Positions 29,951 to 40,563 of a stretch of 64,000 bases of DNA are shown one piece after another. The stretch is from Eubacteriales bacterium (lineage in GTDB: Bacteria > Bacillota > Clostridia > Oscillospirales > QAKW01). The notes beneath the pieces were generated by a model, which worked only from the letters and a program-made list of their open reading frames with translations, searched no databases and had not been told where the DNA came from. The position numbers and the translations under genes were made by a program. Position 1 is the first letter of the stretch; the number at the start of each line of letters is the position of its first letter. Location: the NCBI GenBank assembly GCA_045541455.1, contig JAZQJA010000019.1, positions 22,387-86,386 of the forward strand, read 5' to 3'.

Positions 29951-30853
29951 TTACCGTTTAGAATATTTAAGTGTAATTACCACAATAGCAACTGCCGCTG
30001 CAACAATTATCAGCAGTACTGTTAAAGCGGTTGTGATGGGGCTCATATTTTCATCTTGCTGCTCGTCAATGATTATATAGTTATCAGTTATTTCTGTTTC
30101 TTCTTCATAAGGAGAGTCAAGTCCTATCTCGACATCCGGAATAATATCATCATTGGTGGTGTTTTCTTCTATTTTTTCTATATAGTCTTTAGCAGTTGCT
30201 TTATTTTTGTCGGTCAAAACCGGCTTTTTTGGAAGCCCTGTATAGTCTTCACTGGTAGTTTTGGGCTGCGCTTCAATTACAGCATCAGGTGCATCGATGT
30301 AAACCCATGCTTGCCTTATGCCGTAATGATATGCCACATATCCCCATCTGCCGCCGTTTTTGTCAGTATAAATCTGTGATATTGTCGGTGCTTCCATTGT
30401 GTTTTCAATAAAACTGTCTGAAAGCGGATAACTGTAATATTTAATCGAAGTTACATTTTCAAACAGTGTCTTATCATCTTCAAAATTTGTCAGTTCGTTA
30501 CCGTACTCATCTAAAAACGCCTGCGAATCGTAAACCAGTTTGGTGTAAGCCATATCAATCCATAATTCATCATCGCCATTTATAAACAAGCCGTAGCAGA
30601 TACCTTTGTCGTTGTAATATACATAGGTTATGTTAATTTCACCGCCCGTTTTGGCAACGCCTGCCTTTTTACCGTCAGGCTCTTTTCTTAGTATGGTGTC
30701 CTGCGTAACGGTGTATCTGCGGTTGATATGTGTCATATCTTCCTTGTTCTCATAGTAAAAAGTGTTGTCATTGTCAGGTTCCCATATCATATCTGCGCTT
30801 GCACTTGCTGTAAGCAAAAGGGCCATTAAAATTATTGCTAAAAACTTTTTCAT
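29951..30853 (-). CDS. exported protein with SH3-like segments, acidic linker and C-terminal TM anchor
   Basis: signal peptide ending ASA, LRKEP..WI and WGYV..AWV segments, C-terminal TM + KYSKR. Confidence 0.7.
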   Translation of the reverse strand: MKKFLAIILMALLLTASASADMIWEPDNDNTFYYENKEDMTHINRRYTVTQDTILRKEPDGKKAGVAKTGGEINITYVYYNDKGICYGLFINGDDELWIDMAYTKLVYDSQAFLDEYGNELTNFEDDKTLFENVTSIKYYSYPLSDSFIENTMEAPTISQIYTDKNGGRWGYVAYHYGIRQAWVYIDAPDAVIEAQPKTTSEDYTGLPKKPVLTDKNKATAKDYIEKIEENTTNDDIIPDVEIGLDSPYEEETEITDNYIIIDEQQDENMSPITTALTVLLIIVAAAVAIVVITLKYSKR

Positions 30854-31164
30854 AAAATCACTCCTATAAAATATGATATTGCGTTTGCAAAAATTGAAAA
30901 CATAAACGGTCTTTTAATATGCTGTGAATACTTTGAGTATAAAATGCCCTCAATTATTACTACCAGTATTTCTATAAACAGTATAATAAAAATATTTCTG
31001 TCAAACATATATGCCAAAAATACGGCGATTGGGTTTGTAAGTACATTTACAAGAAATATTAAAAGCAGTTCGCGCTTTTTTAAAAAGAGTGCAAAAACAA
31101 GTTCGATTATAACAGTGAGTGTTAGCGACACCGCTAAAATCAAAGGCATTTCAATCGGCATCAA
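30850..31164 (-). CDS. small 4-TM membrane protein of unknown function
   Basis: T..IE, NVLTNP, E..V...E, AN..S pattern; overlaps both neighbours. Confidence 0.7.
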   Translation of the reverse strand: MMPIEMPLILAVSLTLTVIIELVFALFLKKRELLLIFLVNVLTNPIAVFLAYMFDRNIFIILFIEILVVIIEGILYSKYSQHIKRPFMFSIFANAISYFIGVIL

Positions 31165-32149
31165 GTAACCCCCTTGTTATAAGAATAATTGTAAGTACGC
31201 AAATTGATACAAACTGAAAGGTATTGTTAATAGCAATACTTACGCCCAAATAAGTCGGTAAAAAGCCCAAGAAAAGTGCAGTCGTGAGAATACCGAATGC
31301 AAAAGCTTTTGCACCTTTAAGTATGTCGCAAAGCGCACCAAGCGTTATAGGCATTGTCATATTAAACAGTAAAAATGAAAGTACAGCACAAAAGCCTATG
31401 TGACTTTGCGTGTAAAATATTGCCGACAAAAAAAGAGAAACAACGGCAGTCATCCAGTGTGAGAATTTATCCGAAAATATACCACCCAGCGCTTTGCCAA
31501 GAGTAATGCCCAATGCCATTACAGCAAGCCATAATTGTGTCGTTAATTTAGGGGTGAGAGCAAACCCTGTATAAGAACGCAAAAAGGTTGCAATAAAAAT
31601 ACAAACTATCGCAATAGCGCTGCTTGTGTTAATGCTTATTTTAAACGGTGTTTTTTGTAAAGGCTTGCTTTTTAAAATAAGTATTATAAGCATTAAAATT
31701 GCTGTAAAAATAATACATTCAACTATAATATAATTGATTTTGTTGTTAAATACGAGTCTGCCTAAAAATAAACCGAGTGCGCCCGATGACACAAAAATAC
31801 CGGCTGCCGTATAACCGCGGTTTTGGTGCAAAACATATCCGCCTGCACCAATATGGTAAAGCGCATTTCCCAATCCGCATAAAAAACCACATATAAGCGT
31901 ATACGGGGCTATAAATACCGATGCCGAAATTACAATAAGTCCTGCTGCTGCATAACCTTCATATCCGTTTGTTTTGTCGGCAAGCAATCCTAACGGCATC
32001 TGCAAAACAAATGCGCAAAAATTATATAAAAGTAACATAAGCGCACCATTTGTGCAAAGACCATGTGCACTGAGTATTATGTAAATACTTGCAAAATCTG
32101 CAACAAAATGTCCGTATGTATATATGTAAAGTGAAATTTTATTGTTCAT
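31151..32149 (-). CDS. MFS-like membrane protein
   Basis: many TM segments; GLLADK and GGIFSDKF loop motifs; GNALYHIG, NMTMP; ATG after GAAGGTG. Confidence 0.7.
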   Translation of the reverse strand: MNNKISLYIYTYGHFVADFASIYIILSAHGLCTNGALMLLLYNFCAFVLQMPLGLLADKTNGYEGYAAAGLIVISASVFIAPYTLICGFLCGLGNALYHIGAGGYVLHQNRGYTAAGIFVSSGALGLFLGRLVFNNKINYIIVECIIFTAILMLIILILKSKPLQKTPFKISINTSSAIAIVCIFIATFLRSYTGFALTPKLTTQLWLAVMALGITLGKALGGIFSDKFSHWMTAVVSLFLSAIFYTQSHIGFCAVLSFLLFNMTMPITLGALCDILKGAKAFAFGILTTALFLGFLPTYLGVSIAINNTFQFVSICVLTIILITRGLLDAD

Positions 32150-32306
32150 CTCACACCTTCTTTCACCTATAATATGTATGTATTGTATCAAAAAGTTTCA
32201 AACTGTATGTAAAAAATAAGTTGGTTTTTTTGTGTATATTTAATGTTGAAAAATGTTAATAGTTATGTTACAATTATTAAATATTGCTTTTAAAGAGGGA
32301 AAAACT

Positions 32307-33863
32307 ATGAAAACACTTACTATTATGGTCATCGCCATTGGCCTTTACCTTTTGGGTATGATTGGCATTGGCGTGTGGACATCAAGAAAGAATAAAAATA
32401 CTGATGACTTTTATCTTGGTGGCAGACAGCTCGGCCCTATCGTAACTGCTATGAGTGCCGAAGCGTCGGATATGAGTTCGTGGCTACTTATGGGCTTGCC
32501 CGGTGTTGCAATGCTTTCCGGTCTTGCTGAAGCGTCGTGGACTGCAATCGGCCTTGCAATCGGTACATATTTAAACTGGCTAATTGTTGCAAAACGTCTT
32601 CGCGTTTACACTCAGCGTATTGGGGCTATCACCATTCCCGAATATTTTTCAAAGCGCTACGGTGACGACAAAAACATTTTAAGCATTATTGCCGCTGTTA
32701 TCATTATAGTTTTCTTTATTCCGTATACAGCGTCTGGCTTTGCCGCTTGCGGTAAATTGTTTTCGTCTGTACTTAATGTTGATTATCTAACAGCGATGAT
32801 AATCTGTGCGGCAATTATTGCGGTTTATTGTGTTCTGGGCGGTTTTCTTGCTGCCAGCACAACCGACCTTATCCAGTCGATAGTTATGACGCTTGCGCTT
32901 GTTATTGTTATTGGCTTTGGTGAAACTGCAGTTACTGCAAATACAGGTGCATTTGGCTTTGACGGTATTCTTAATGCTGTAAAAGATTTACCAGGTTATC
33001 TTTCACTTACACATAGTTACGATGCCGCAACCGGTACTGCTACAAGTTACGGCACCGTTACAATCGTCGGCTTGCTTGCATGGGGCCTTGGCTATTTCGG
33101 TATGCCTCATATTCTCCTTCGCTTTATGGCTATTAAAGATGCTTCAAAAATTAAAACCTCACGCCGTATTGCATCGGTTTGGGTTGTTATCTCAATGGGT
33201 GTTGCAGTTATGATAGGTGTTGCAGGTCTTTCGCTTGCAAACCACGGTGTAATTCCTATGCTTGAAGGCTCAAACACCGAAACGGTTATTATCGAAATTG
33301 CAAAGGCAATCGGTAAATACGGTTATATTCTCGCACTTATCGCAGGTGTCATACTTGCAGGTATTCTTGCAGCAACAATGTCAACTGCCGACTCACAGCT
33401 TATTACAGCTTCGTCAAGCGTTACAAAAGATATTGCACAAAACTTTTTGCACATTAAAATGTCCGACAAAATGTCAATGATAATTGCAAGGGCAACGGTA
33501 ATTATCATTTCGCTTATTGCTGTTGTTTTTGCAGCAGACCCCAATTCGTCTGTTTTCCGTATCGTTCAGTTTGCGTGGGCAGGCTTTGGTGCAACATTTG
33601 CTCCGGTAGTTCTGGCTTCGCTTTTCTGGAAGCGCTCAAACAAGTGGGGTGCGCTTGCAGGTATGCTTGCCGGCGGTATTACTGTTTTTGTTTGGAAATA
33701 CGGCATTTCAAAACTCGGCGGTGTGTTTGCAGTATATGAATTGTTACCGGCATTTATCGTTGCATGCATCGCTCTTGTGGTTGTAAGCCTTTTGACCTCT
33801 AAACCGTCAGAAAAAATAATAAAAGAATATGACGAAGCAAAAGCCGCTTCAAAAGAGAAATAA
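32307..33863 (+). CDS. putP: sodium/proline symporter
   Basis: YLGGR, SAEASDMSSWLLMGLPG, WGLGYFGMPHIL, MSTADSQL. Confidence 0.9.
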   Translation: MKTLTIMVIAIGLYLLGMIGIGVWTSRKNKNTDDFYLGGRQLGPIVTAMSAEASDMSSWLLMGLPGVAMLSGLAEASWTAIGLAIGTYLNWLIVAKRLRVYTQRIGAITIPEYFSKRYGDDKNILSIIAAVIIIVFFIPYTASGFAACGKLFSSVLNVDYLTAMIICAAIIAVYCVLGGFLAASTTDLIQSIVMTLALVIVIGFGETAVTANTGAFGFDGILNAVKDLPGYLSLTHSYDAATGTATSYGTVTIVGLLAWGLGYFGMPHILLRFMAIKDASKIKTSRRIASVWVVISMGVAVMIGVAGLSLANHGVIPMLEGSNTETVIIEIAKAIGKYGYILALIAGVILAGILAATMSTADSQLITASSSVTKDIAQNFLHIKMSDKMSMIIARATVIIISLIAVVFAADPNSSVFRIVQFAWAGFGATFAPVVLASLFWKRSNKWGALAGMLAGGITVFVWKYGISKLGGVFAVYELLPAFIVACIALVVVSLLTSKPSEKIIKEYDEAKAASKEK

Positions 33864-33878
33864 AAACACTTAATAAAT

Positions 33879-33926
33879 AAAACACAGCACCCTGAAATTG
33901 TAGTACTTTCAGGGTGCTGTGTTTTT
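33879..33926 (+). terminator. long-stem terminator
   Basis: AAAACACAGCACCCTGAAA-loop-TTTCAGGGTGCTGTGTTTT. Confidence 0.85.
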
Positions 33927-33974
33927 ATCAAATATGTTGAATTTACATAAATAGTTTTAAAAAGATTAAAACTA

Positions 33975-34003
33975 TTGACAAAAGTGGAATAAAATGCTAA
34001 TAT
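33975..34003 (+). promoter_or_regulatory. sigma-A promoter of second protease-lipoprotein pair
   Basis: TTGACA-17 bp-TAATAT with TG extension. Confidence 0.65.
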
Positions 34004-34061
34004 AAATATGGCAGATGGAAGATAAAAGACGTCTTTACAGCTACATAATAAGGAGGTAAAT

Positions 34062-34685
34062 ATGTGTATAAACAGAAGTGTATATAAACGGTTTTTCACT
34101 ATAATATCTTTGGTTTCAATTATTGCTATGGTATGTTGTAGTGCCAATGCGTATGTTCACCAAGGTGGAAAGTTAAATAATGGTGTAAAAAATCAAAAAT
34201 ATTATATTGGCATTACAAATGATACATTGGCTTCACAATGTATACAAGCATTTTCTGATTGGAATTATGCTATGAATGCTCAATCACCATATTCTAGTTT
34301 AGGTTTTTCTTTTACTCGCTCAAGTCTAATACGAGATTCTACAATTAGATTTTGGGGAGAAAATGTACCCGGAGAGTCTTGGTATGGTTTAACACGCTAC
34401 TATATTGTTGATAACAACCTAAATGCCACAAGAGTGTCAAATGCATACAATAGGGATTATTCAAGTTGTATTTTAAATATGGCATATTTTGATTCATCAT
34501 ATAATTTTCCTACGGTATTACATTGGAAATCAATTTCTGCTCATGAAATAGGTCATGCAATGGGGTTGGCTCATACAAATGCTGATGGCGATGTAGGTAA
34601 ACTCATGTTTAAAGGGTTTAATGTAAGAACCGCAACATCACCGACAGGGGATGAAGTAAGGGGCATATACTATAAATATAATTGA
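34062..34685 (+). CDS. secreted single-domain metzincin (matrixin-like) protease
   Basis: signal peptide ending ANA; AFSDWN; HEIGHAMGLAH; Met-turn KLMF. Confidence 0.85.
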   Translation: MCINRSVYKRFFTIISLVSIIAMVCCSANAYVHQGGKLNNGVKNQKYYIGITNDTLASQCIQAFSDWNYAMNAQSPYSSLGFSFTRSSLIRDSTIRFWGENVPGESWYGLTRYYIVDNNLNATRVSNAYNRDYSSCILNMAYFDSSYNFPTVLHWKSISAHEIGHAMGLAHTNADGDVGKLMFKGFNVRTATSPTGDEVRGIYYKYN

Positions 34686-34750
34686 TTTAAGGGTGTATAT
34701 AACTAGATAAAATAAAAATTATAAAATCAACATATAAGAAAGGAGTTAAT

Positions 34751-35368
34751 ATGAAAAGATTATTACTAAATTTGTGTACGATAGCATTATGTGTGGCTTT
34801 TTGTTCATGCACAAGCGTAAAAGATAGCACTGATGGCGAAATATATTTTCCTACTAAGTCTGAAAAAGAATCTGTAATGTCTGCAGAAATGATTATACCA
34901 AAGAATATGAGCGAACTTTATGATACTGCTCATAGTATAGTTGTCTGCGATATTATAAAGGATGACGAGTCTATTCAAAACGGTTCTGTTGATTTGGCTA
35001 TTTCTACAGCCAGAATTGTGGAAGTAATAAAAGGAGACCATCAGAAAAATACCGATATTTTAATTCAGGAAACAGGGGAAAGGCTACAAGACGGGGATAT
35101 TTCAATAGATGGCGTACCTCTGTTAAGAAAGAATATGAAAGTGTTGCTGTTCTTAAATAAACCTACAACTGAAAATTATAACGGTAAAACAACTTATGGC
35201 ATTGTCGGTTGTTATTACGGAAAGTTTTTCTATGACAATAATAAGACTGTACATTCGGCAGTTGACTTTGCAGTTGACAATGCAACAGAATTGTCAGATT
35301 TCAAACAACCGCAAAAAGAACAAATTGTGCTAACCTCTATTGAAGAAATTTCCAAGACTTATAAATAG
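34751..35368 (+). CDS. lipoprotein of unknown function paired with the protease
   Basis: lipobox FCSC; AHSIVVCDI, IVEVIKG, PLL....VLLFL, YGIVG..YGKF. Confidence 0.8.
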   Translation: MKRLLLNLCTIALCVAFCSCTSVKDSTDGEIYFPTKSEKESVMSAEMIIPKNMSELYDTAHSIVVCDIIKDDESIQNGSVDLAISTARIVEVIKGDHQKNTDILIQETGERLQDGDISIDGVPLLRKNMKVLLFLNKPTTENYNGKTTYGIVGCYYGKFFYDNNKTVHSAVDFAVDNATELSDFKQPQKEQIVLTSIEEISKTYK

Positions 35369-35374
35369 ACTGCT

Positions 35375-35416
35375 AAAAAAATAATGAGTAGGATAAATCC
35401 TACTCATTATTTTTTT
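35375..35416. terminator. bidirectional terminator
   Basis: AAAAAAATAATGAGTAGGA-TAAA-TCCTACTCATTATTTTTTT. Confidence 0.9.
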
Positions 35417-35431
35417 ATAATTTAGTTTATT

Positions 35432-36040
35432 TTAATTATTTTTTTCTTTTTGGCGCTTAATAACTTTCATACGAATAAATTCTTCGCGCTCTTTTTCTTC
35501 CAAAAATTCGGTTATATACGCAATATCTTTTTTGTAACCGGGTATTACAATGTTTTTAAGCGCGTTTGCACGTTTTTGGGTTTTACTTATGGCAACCGCC
35601 AGCCTATAAATTGAACTTTCAAGTTCTGCAAGCTCGGCACACAGTTCTTTAACCTTTCTAAAACTTGCATACGCCTTGTCCATAGCACAACTGCCAAGTT
35701 CCATACCGTAATATGGTTTTGGTGCTTTAGGGTGATATTTAACAGTAGGTATCTCAACACCCATAACACTTTTTTCAAGAATTGTTATGCAGTCATCTAT
35801 CGGTACGGCTTTTGCAATGCTAGACACATCTGCACCCGAAACATTAGCCTTGATGAGCGCATCATACGCTTCGGAAAAGGTGGAGTTAATGCGTGTCTGA
35901 ATGTTTTTTGCACGATCAATAAGCCCCATCATTTCGCGTATAAGTATATTCCGTTTTCTGTCCATAAGGTCAAAGCCCACCGTCGCCAACGACAGCGAGT
36001 TTTTAACACGTAATAGGTTGCCCTTTGTTGGAAATACCAT
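35432..36040 (-). CDS. ntpD: A/V-type ATPase subunit D
   Basis: PTKGNL, GFDLMDRKR, KTQKRANAL, EREEF. Confidence 0.95.
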   Translation of the reverse strand: MVFPTKGNLLRVKNSLSLATVGFDLMDRKRNILIREMMGLIDRAKNIQTRINSTFSEAYDALIKANVSGADVSSIAKAVPIDDCITILEKSVMGVEIPTVKYHPKAPKPYYGMELGSCAMDKAYASFRKVKELCAELAELESSIYRLAVAISKTQKRANALKNIVIPGYKKDIAYITEFLEEKEREEFIRMKVIKRQKEKNN

Positions 36041-36047
36041 TTTAATC

Positions 36048-37418
36048 TCACTTTAAATATTTTTCTATAAATTCTTTTTTTACTCTTGTAAGTTCGGTAC
36101 GCGGCAGTAATTTTAACAGTTCCCAACCCAAATCAAGCGTTTCTTCAATAGTTCTGCCCCTGCCTGACGGCTGGTTTATAAACTGTTTTTCAAACTCACG
36201 ACCGAACATAATGTATGCTTTGTCGGTTTCAGATAATTCCTCTTCACCGATAACTGATGCAAGTGCGCGTGCGTCGGTAACTTTTGCGTATGCCGCAAAC
36301 AGCTGGTCGGAAAGACTTGCATGGTCTTCACGGGTATATCCTTCGCCTATTCCGTCTTTCATAAGTCTTGAAAGTGACGGAAGTACCGAAACAGGTGGAT
36401 AAACCCCACTTTGCGACAGCGTTCTGTCAAGAACAATTTGCCCTTCGGTGATGTAGCCTGTAAGGTCGGGGATTGGGTGGGTGATGTCGTCGTTTGGCAT
36501 TGTAAGAATCGGGATAAGCGTTACCGAACCTTTGTTGCCCTTTAACATTCCCGCTCTTTCATAAAGAGATGCAAAGTCAGAGTACAGATAGCCGGGGAAA
36601 CCTTTTCTTGCAGGAATCTCTCCTTTTGAAGCAGAAAGTTCGCGAAGTGCCTCGGCATAGGCTGTAATATCAGTCATAATTACAAGCACTTGCTTGCCTT
36701 TTTCAAAAGCAAGATATTCTGCCGCGGTAAGTGCACAGCGGGGCGTTACAATTCTTTCAATAATCGGGTCGTTTGCAAGGTTTAAAAACATTACAACATT
36801 AGAGCCTGCACCGCTTTTTTTAAATTCGCGTTTAAAAAAGTCAGCAACATCGTTTTTTACGCCCATCGCGGCAAACACGATTGCAAAATCGTCTTGCGAG
36901 CCGTCTTTTAAACCTGCACTTGTTGCAATTTGCACCGCAAGTCTGTCATGCGGTATACCCGAGCCGCTGAATATCGGCAGTTTTTGACCGCGTATAAGCG
37001 TCATTAACATATCAATTGAAGAAACACCCGTGCAAATAAAGTCACGTGGGTACTCGCGCTGGACAGGGTTAATTGCCGCACCGTTTATGTCAGCACTCTT
37101 TTCACAAAAAATCGGTCCTAAATCGTCGGCGGGCTTGCCTGCACCGTTAAAAACGCGTCCCAACATTTCTTCTGACAGTTCAAGATGCATCGGTTTGCCG
37201 GTAAACGAGGTTTTGTTGTTTGTCAGCGACATATCATTTGTTCCTTCAAACATCTGAAGTACCGCGCGATCACCGTCAATGCGTATAACTCTGCCTGTGC
37301 GGATTTCACCGCTATCAAGCACCACTTCTGCCATTTCGTCAAAGGTGACATCTTTAACACCGTCGACTACAATGAGAGGTCCGTTTATTTCTTTAATTCC
37401 AAGATATTGTATTCTCAT
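36048..37418 (-). CDS. ntpB: A/V-type ATPase subunit B
   Basis: [40 protein letters not shown]. Confidence 0.95.
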   Translation of the reverse strand: MRIQYLGIKEINGPLIVVDGVKDVTFDEMAEVVLDSGEIRTGRVIRIDGDRAVLQMFEGTNDMSLTNNKTSFTGKPMHLELSEEMLGRVFNGAGKPADDLGPIFCEKSADINGAAINPVQREYPRDFICTGVSSIDMLMTLIRGQKLPIFSGSGIPHDRLAVQIATSAGLKDGSQDDFAIVFAAMGVKNDVADFFKREFKKSGAGSNVVMFLNLANDPIIERIVTPRCALTAAEYLAFEKGKQVLVIMTDITAYAEALRELSASKGEIPARKGFPGYLYSDFASLYERAGMLKGNKGSVTLIPILTMPNDDITHPIPDLTGYITEGQIVLDRTLSQSGVYPPVSVLPSLSRLMKDGIGEGYTREDHASLSDQLFAAYAKVTDARALASVIGEEELSETDKAYIMFGREFEKQFINQPSGRGRTIEETLDLGWELLKLLPRTELTRVKKEFIEKYLK

Positions 37419-37423
37419 ATACT

Positions 37424-39181
37424 TTACCTATAGCTTTCCTCAAGTTCTGAAAGTTTTTTGCAAAGTTTGTCTGTTATTACTTCAAATTTTGAAAGTTCGT
37501 CGTTTCTTATTTCAAACTTAATGCGTGATGCCTCGTCAAAAGTACCCGTTTTTGTAATTTGTGACAGCGGAATACCTTGTTTTATAAGGGTAAGCGACTT
37601 GTCGTAAAGGGTAAGTAACATTTTCATCATTGCATATTGTTTTTCAAGCGGTGCGTATGTATCTATGTCGTTCATCGCATTTTGCTGTAAAAAGCCTTGG
37701 CGCAACAGTTTAGCGGTGACAATAATAAGTTTTTGGTCTTCAGGTAATACATCTTCACCGATAAGTTTTACTATCTCCATAAGTCTGCTTTCTTCAAGCA
37801 GTATACCGATAACTCTGCCCCTTGCATTTTCAAAGTCTTCACACACATTTTGTCCGTACCAACCGCGTAGTTCTTCAAAATACTCTGTGTAACTAGTAAC
37901 CCAGTTGATAGCAGGGTAGTGTCGAGAATATGCAAGGTCGCGGTCAAGCGCCCAAAAGCAACGTATAAAACGCTTGGTGTTTTGTGTTACCGGCTCTGAA
38001 AAGTCACCGCCCTGCGGTGATACAGCACCGATTATGGTAACACTGCCAGATTTGCCATTAAGTGTTTTTACAAACCCTGCACGTTCATAAAATTTTGAAA
38101 GTCGTGACGGAAGATATGAGGGAAAACCTTCCTCTGCCGGCATTTCTTCAAGTCTGCCCGAAATTTCACGCAGTGCTTCTGCCCAGCGTGATGTCGAGTC
38201 GGCCATTATCGCAACATGGTAACCCATATCACGATAGTACTCAGCAAGCGTAACACCAGTATAAATTGATGCTTCACGTGCTGCAACCGGCATATTTGAT
38301 GTGTTGGCAATCATAACGGTGCGTTCGATAAGTTTGCGGTTTGTTTTAGGGTCTACAAGTTCTGAAAACTCTTCAAGAACCTGAGTCATTTCGTTACCGC
38401 GCTCTCCGCAACCGATGTAAACAATAATGTCAGCATCACTCCATTTTGCAATTTGGTGCTGAACCATTGTTTTACCGGTACCAAAACTGCCGGGAACTGC
38501 CGCTGCACCGCCCTTTGCAATAGGGAACAGCGTGTCAATAACACGCTGCCCTGTAACCAGCGGTTCGACAGACGAAAGGCGCTCACCCACAGGTCGCGCT
38601 TGCTTTATCGGCCAGCGTTGCGCAAGGGCTATATCGTGTATTTTACCGTGTTTGTCTTTTACACGGATAATAGGCTCTAATATGTTATATTCCCCACTGT
38701 CTTTGGCAAACACGACTTCACCCGAAATGTCGGGCGGTACCATAGATTTGTGTATAATTCCTTCATTTTCGGGGGTTGTGGCAAACACTTGACCGCCTGA
38801 AACGGTGTCTCCTGTAGACACTAAAACAGTTACTTGCCATTTTCTCTGTGTGTCAAGGTTGTCGCAAACAACACCGCGTTGTAAAAATGCACCGGATTGT
38901 TTAGAAAGAGCATTAAGCGGACGCTCAATACCATCAAATATGTTGGAAATTATGCCCGGACCCAGCAACGCGCAAAGCGGTCCGCCACTGGCTTCAACCG
39001 GTTCTCCTGCAGCAATACCTGCAGTGTCTTCATAAACCTGAATTGTGGTACTGTCGGCAGACACCGAAATAACCTCACCTATAAGGCGTGGTTTGCCGAC
39101 GTAAACCATTTCCATCATACTAAAGGTGTCGGAGTTTTTTACGGTCACAACAGGACCGTTTATACTATAAATGACATCCAT
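37424..39181 (-). CDS. ntpA: A/V-type ATPase subunit A
   Basis: P-loop [37 protein letters not shown]. Confidence 0.95.
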   Translation of the reverse strand: MDVIYSINGPVVTVKNSDTFSMMEMVYVGKPRLIGEVISVSADSTTIQVYEDTAGIAAGEPVEASGGPLCALLGPGIISNIFDGIERPLNALSKQSGAFLQRGVVCDNLDTQRKWQVTVLVSTGDTVSGGQVFATTPENEGIIHKSMVPPDISGEVVFAKDSGEYNILEPIIRVKDKHGKIHDIALAQRWPIKQARPVGERLSSVEPLVTGQRVIDTLFPIAKGGAAAVPGSFGTGKTMVQHQIAKWSDADIIVYIGCGERGNEMTQVLEEFSELVDPKTNRKLIERTVMIANTSNMPVAAREASIYTGVTLAEYYRDMGYHVAIMADSTSRWAEALREISGRLEEMPAEEGFPSYLPSRLSKFYERAGFVKTLNGKSGSVTIIGAVSPQGGDFSEPVTQNTKRFIRCFWALDRDLAYSRHYPAINWVTSYTEYFEELRGWYGQNVCEDFENARGRVIGILLEESRLMEIVKLIGEDVLPEDQKLIIVTAKLLRQGFLQQNAMNDIDTYAPLEKQYAMMKMLLTLYDKSLTLIKQGIPLSQITKTGTFDEASRIKFEIRNDELSKFEVITDKLCKKLSELEESYR

Positions 39182-39184
39182 CGT

Positions 39185-39796
39185 TTATTCTCCTGTAACC
39201 GATAACTTTGAAATTGCAAGAAACTGAGCTTTTTCATTTTCAAAGCTATAATCGAGAGTCAAATCGTAAATTACGGCGCGCTTGTTGTCTTTAATAATCA
39301 AACCGCCGATTTTTATATCTTCGCTGATAACAATATCGGCATTTTTAAAATGTGACTTTGCACATTCGCTATCAGCATTGTTTGCCGAAGTAAACACTGT
39401 TATCGAGTCGGAAAACTGTGATTTGTCAAGGGCGCAAACGCGCTTGTTAATAAATTGGCTGTAATTGTCGCTTTTTGCAAAATCGCACAGCCTTAAAAAT
39501 AACTTTTCAAACACAGCAGATTGAATTTCAGTACGTTTTTTTATAAGTTCAATACGAGTGGTTGCTGCCGCGTCTGTAAGTTGATGGCTAAAACTGTCAG
39601 TAATAAGTGCTTTTTGTTCAAGTTCATACTGTGCAGCACTTTTTTCTGCTTCGTATTTAGCTGTTGAAAGTACCTGCTTTTCGCGCGCCCTTGCATCTTC
39701 TACAATACGTTTTGCCTGAGCCTTGGCGTCTTTTAAAACGGCACTTTCAAGGTTTTGAACCATTTTATATGATTTGTTAAAATCGTTTTGAAGCAT
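39185..39796 (-). CDS. ntpE: A/V-type ATPase subunit E
   Basis: coiled-coil N-terminus, IKIGGLII, YDLTLD; operon position. Confidence 0.8.
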   Translation of the reverse strand: MLQNDFNKSYKMVQNLESAVLKDAKAQAKRIVEDARAREKQVLSTAKYEAEKSAAQYELEQKALITDSFSHQLTDAAATTRIELIKKRTEIQSAVFEKLFLRLCDFAKSDNYSQFINKRVCALDKSQFSDSITVFTSANNADSECAKSHFKNADIVISEDIKIGGLIIKDNKRAVIYDLTLDYSFENEKAQFLAISKLSVTGE

Positions 39797-39809
39797 TTTT
39801 ATAAACCTT

Positions 39810-40118
39810 CTATATCTTAATGCCTACTGCCGAACGAATATATTCGGCAATAGCGTTTTCGTCACGGCCGTTACCATGTCTGTCGGGTATCTCCAATAAA
39901 AGCGGCCGTGATTTATTTTTCTTAATATCATCTGTTTTTTCTTGGCATAGTTTACACAGAGAACCGCTGATTAAAACAATTCCTATGTCACTGTTACAAA
40001 GCGTATCGTCAAGCGCTTTGTCCGCTTCGGATTTTGTATGGACAACAACACCGTCAACCCCGGCCATTCTAAGTCCTGTCAGCGTGTCATTGTTGTCCGA
40101 AATAACATACATTTTCAT
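39810..40118 (-). CDS. ntpG: A/V-type ATPase subunit F
   Basis: MKMYVISDN.DTLTGLRMAGVDG, EIPDRHG, SAVGIKI. Confidence 0.9.
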   Translation of the reverse strand: MKMYVISDNNDTLTGLRMAGVDGVVVHTKSEADKALDDTLCNSDIGIVLISGSLCKLCQEKTDDIKKNKSRPLLLEIPDRHGNGRDENAIAEYIRSAVGIKI

Positions 40119-40122
40119 ATTC

Positions 40123-40551
40123 TTATAATACGAACAGAATAAGGAATGAAACAAGCAAACCATAAATAGCAATACCTTCGCCAAGCGCAACGAAGATAAG
40201 AGATTTACCGAAAGTAGACGAATCTTCAGCCATAGCACCGATAGCAGCGCTTGCTGCAGGGCCTACGGCAAGACCGCCGCCTATACCAGCCATACCTACC
40301 GATGCAGCAGCGGCAATAGCCTTTATTGCAGTGTCGGTAATGCCCGAGGCAACAGTGGTTGCAGTTTCAGGTGCAGCAAGTGCAATTGCAGGCATAAAAA
40401 AGCTTGCAAGCATTACAACGCCGAATGCTGATAAATTATACATCATTCTTCTTTTTGCACGTTTGCCCGAAAGTTTGCCTGAAAGAACGGGGAGAATGGG
40501 TAATAAAACAAGTAAAAATAAAACAGTAACAGTAATAAAAGCGTATAACAT
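40123..40551 (-). CDS. ntpK: A/V-type ATPase subunit K/c
   Basis: GIGGGLAVG, ALGEGIAIYG. Confidence 0.9.
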   Translation of the reverse strand: MLYAFITVTVLFLLVLLPILPVLSGKLSGKRAKRRMMYNLSAFGVVMLASFFMPAIALAAPETATTVASGITDTAIKAIAAAASVGMAGIGGGLAVGPAASAAIGAMAEDSSTFGKSLIFVALGEGIAIYGLLVSFLILFVL

Positions 40552-40563
40552 TTTTAAAACTCC

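Noticed and set aside
33566-34147. 193-aa minus-strand ORF across putP end and protease start
   Set aside because: Crosses a terminator and two well-supported plus-strand genes
33926-35431. Target duplication around the second protease-lipoprotein pair
   Set aside because: No flanking direct repeat found by eye; only terminators bound it, so not called a mobile element
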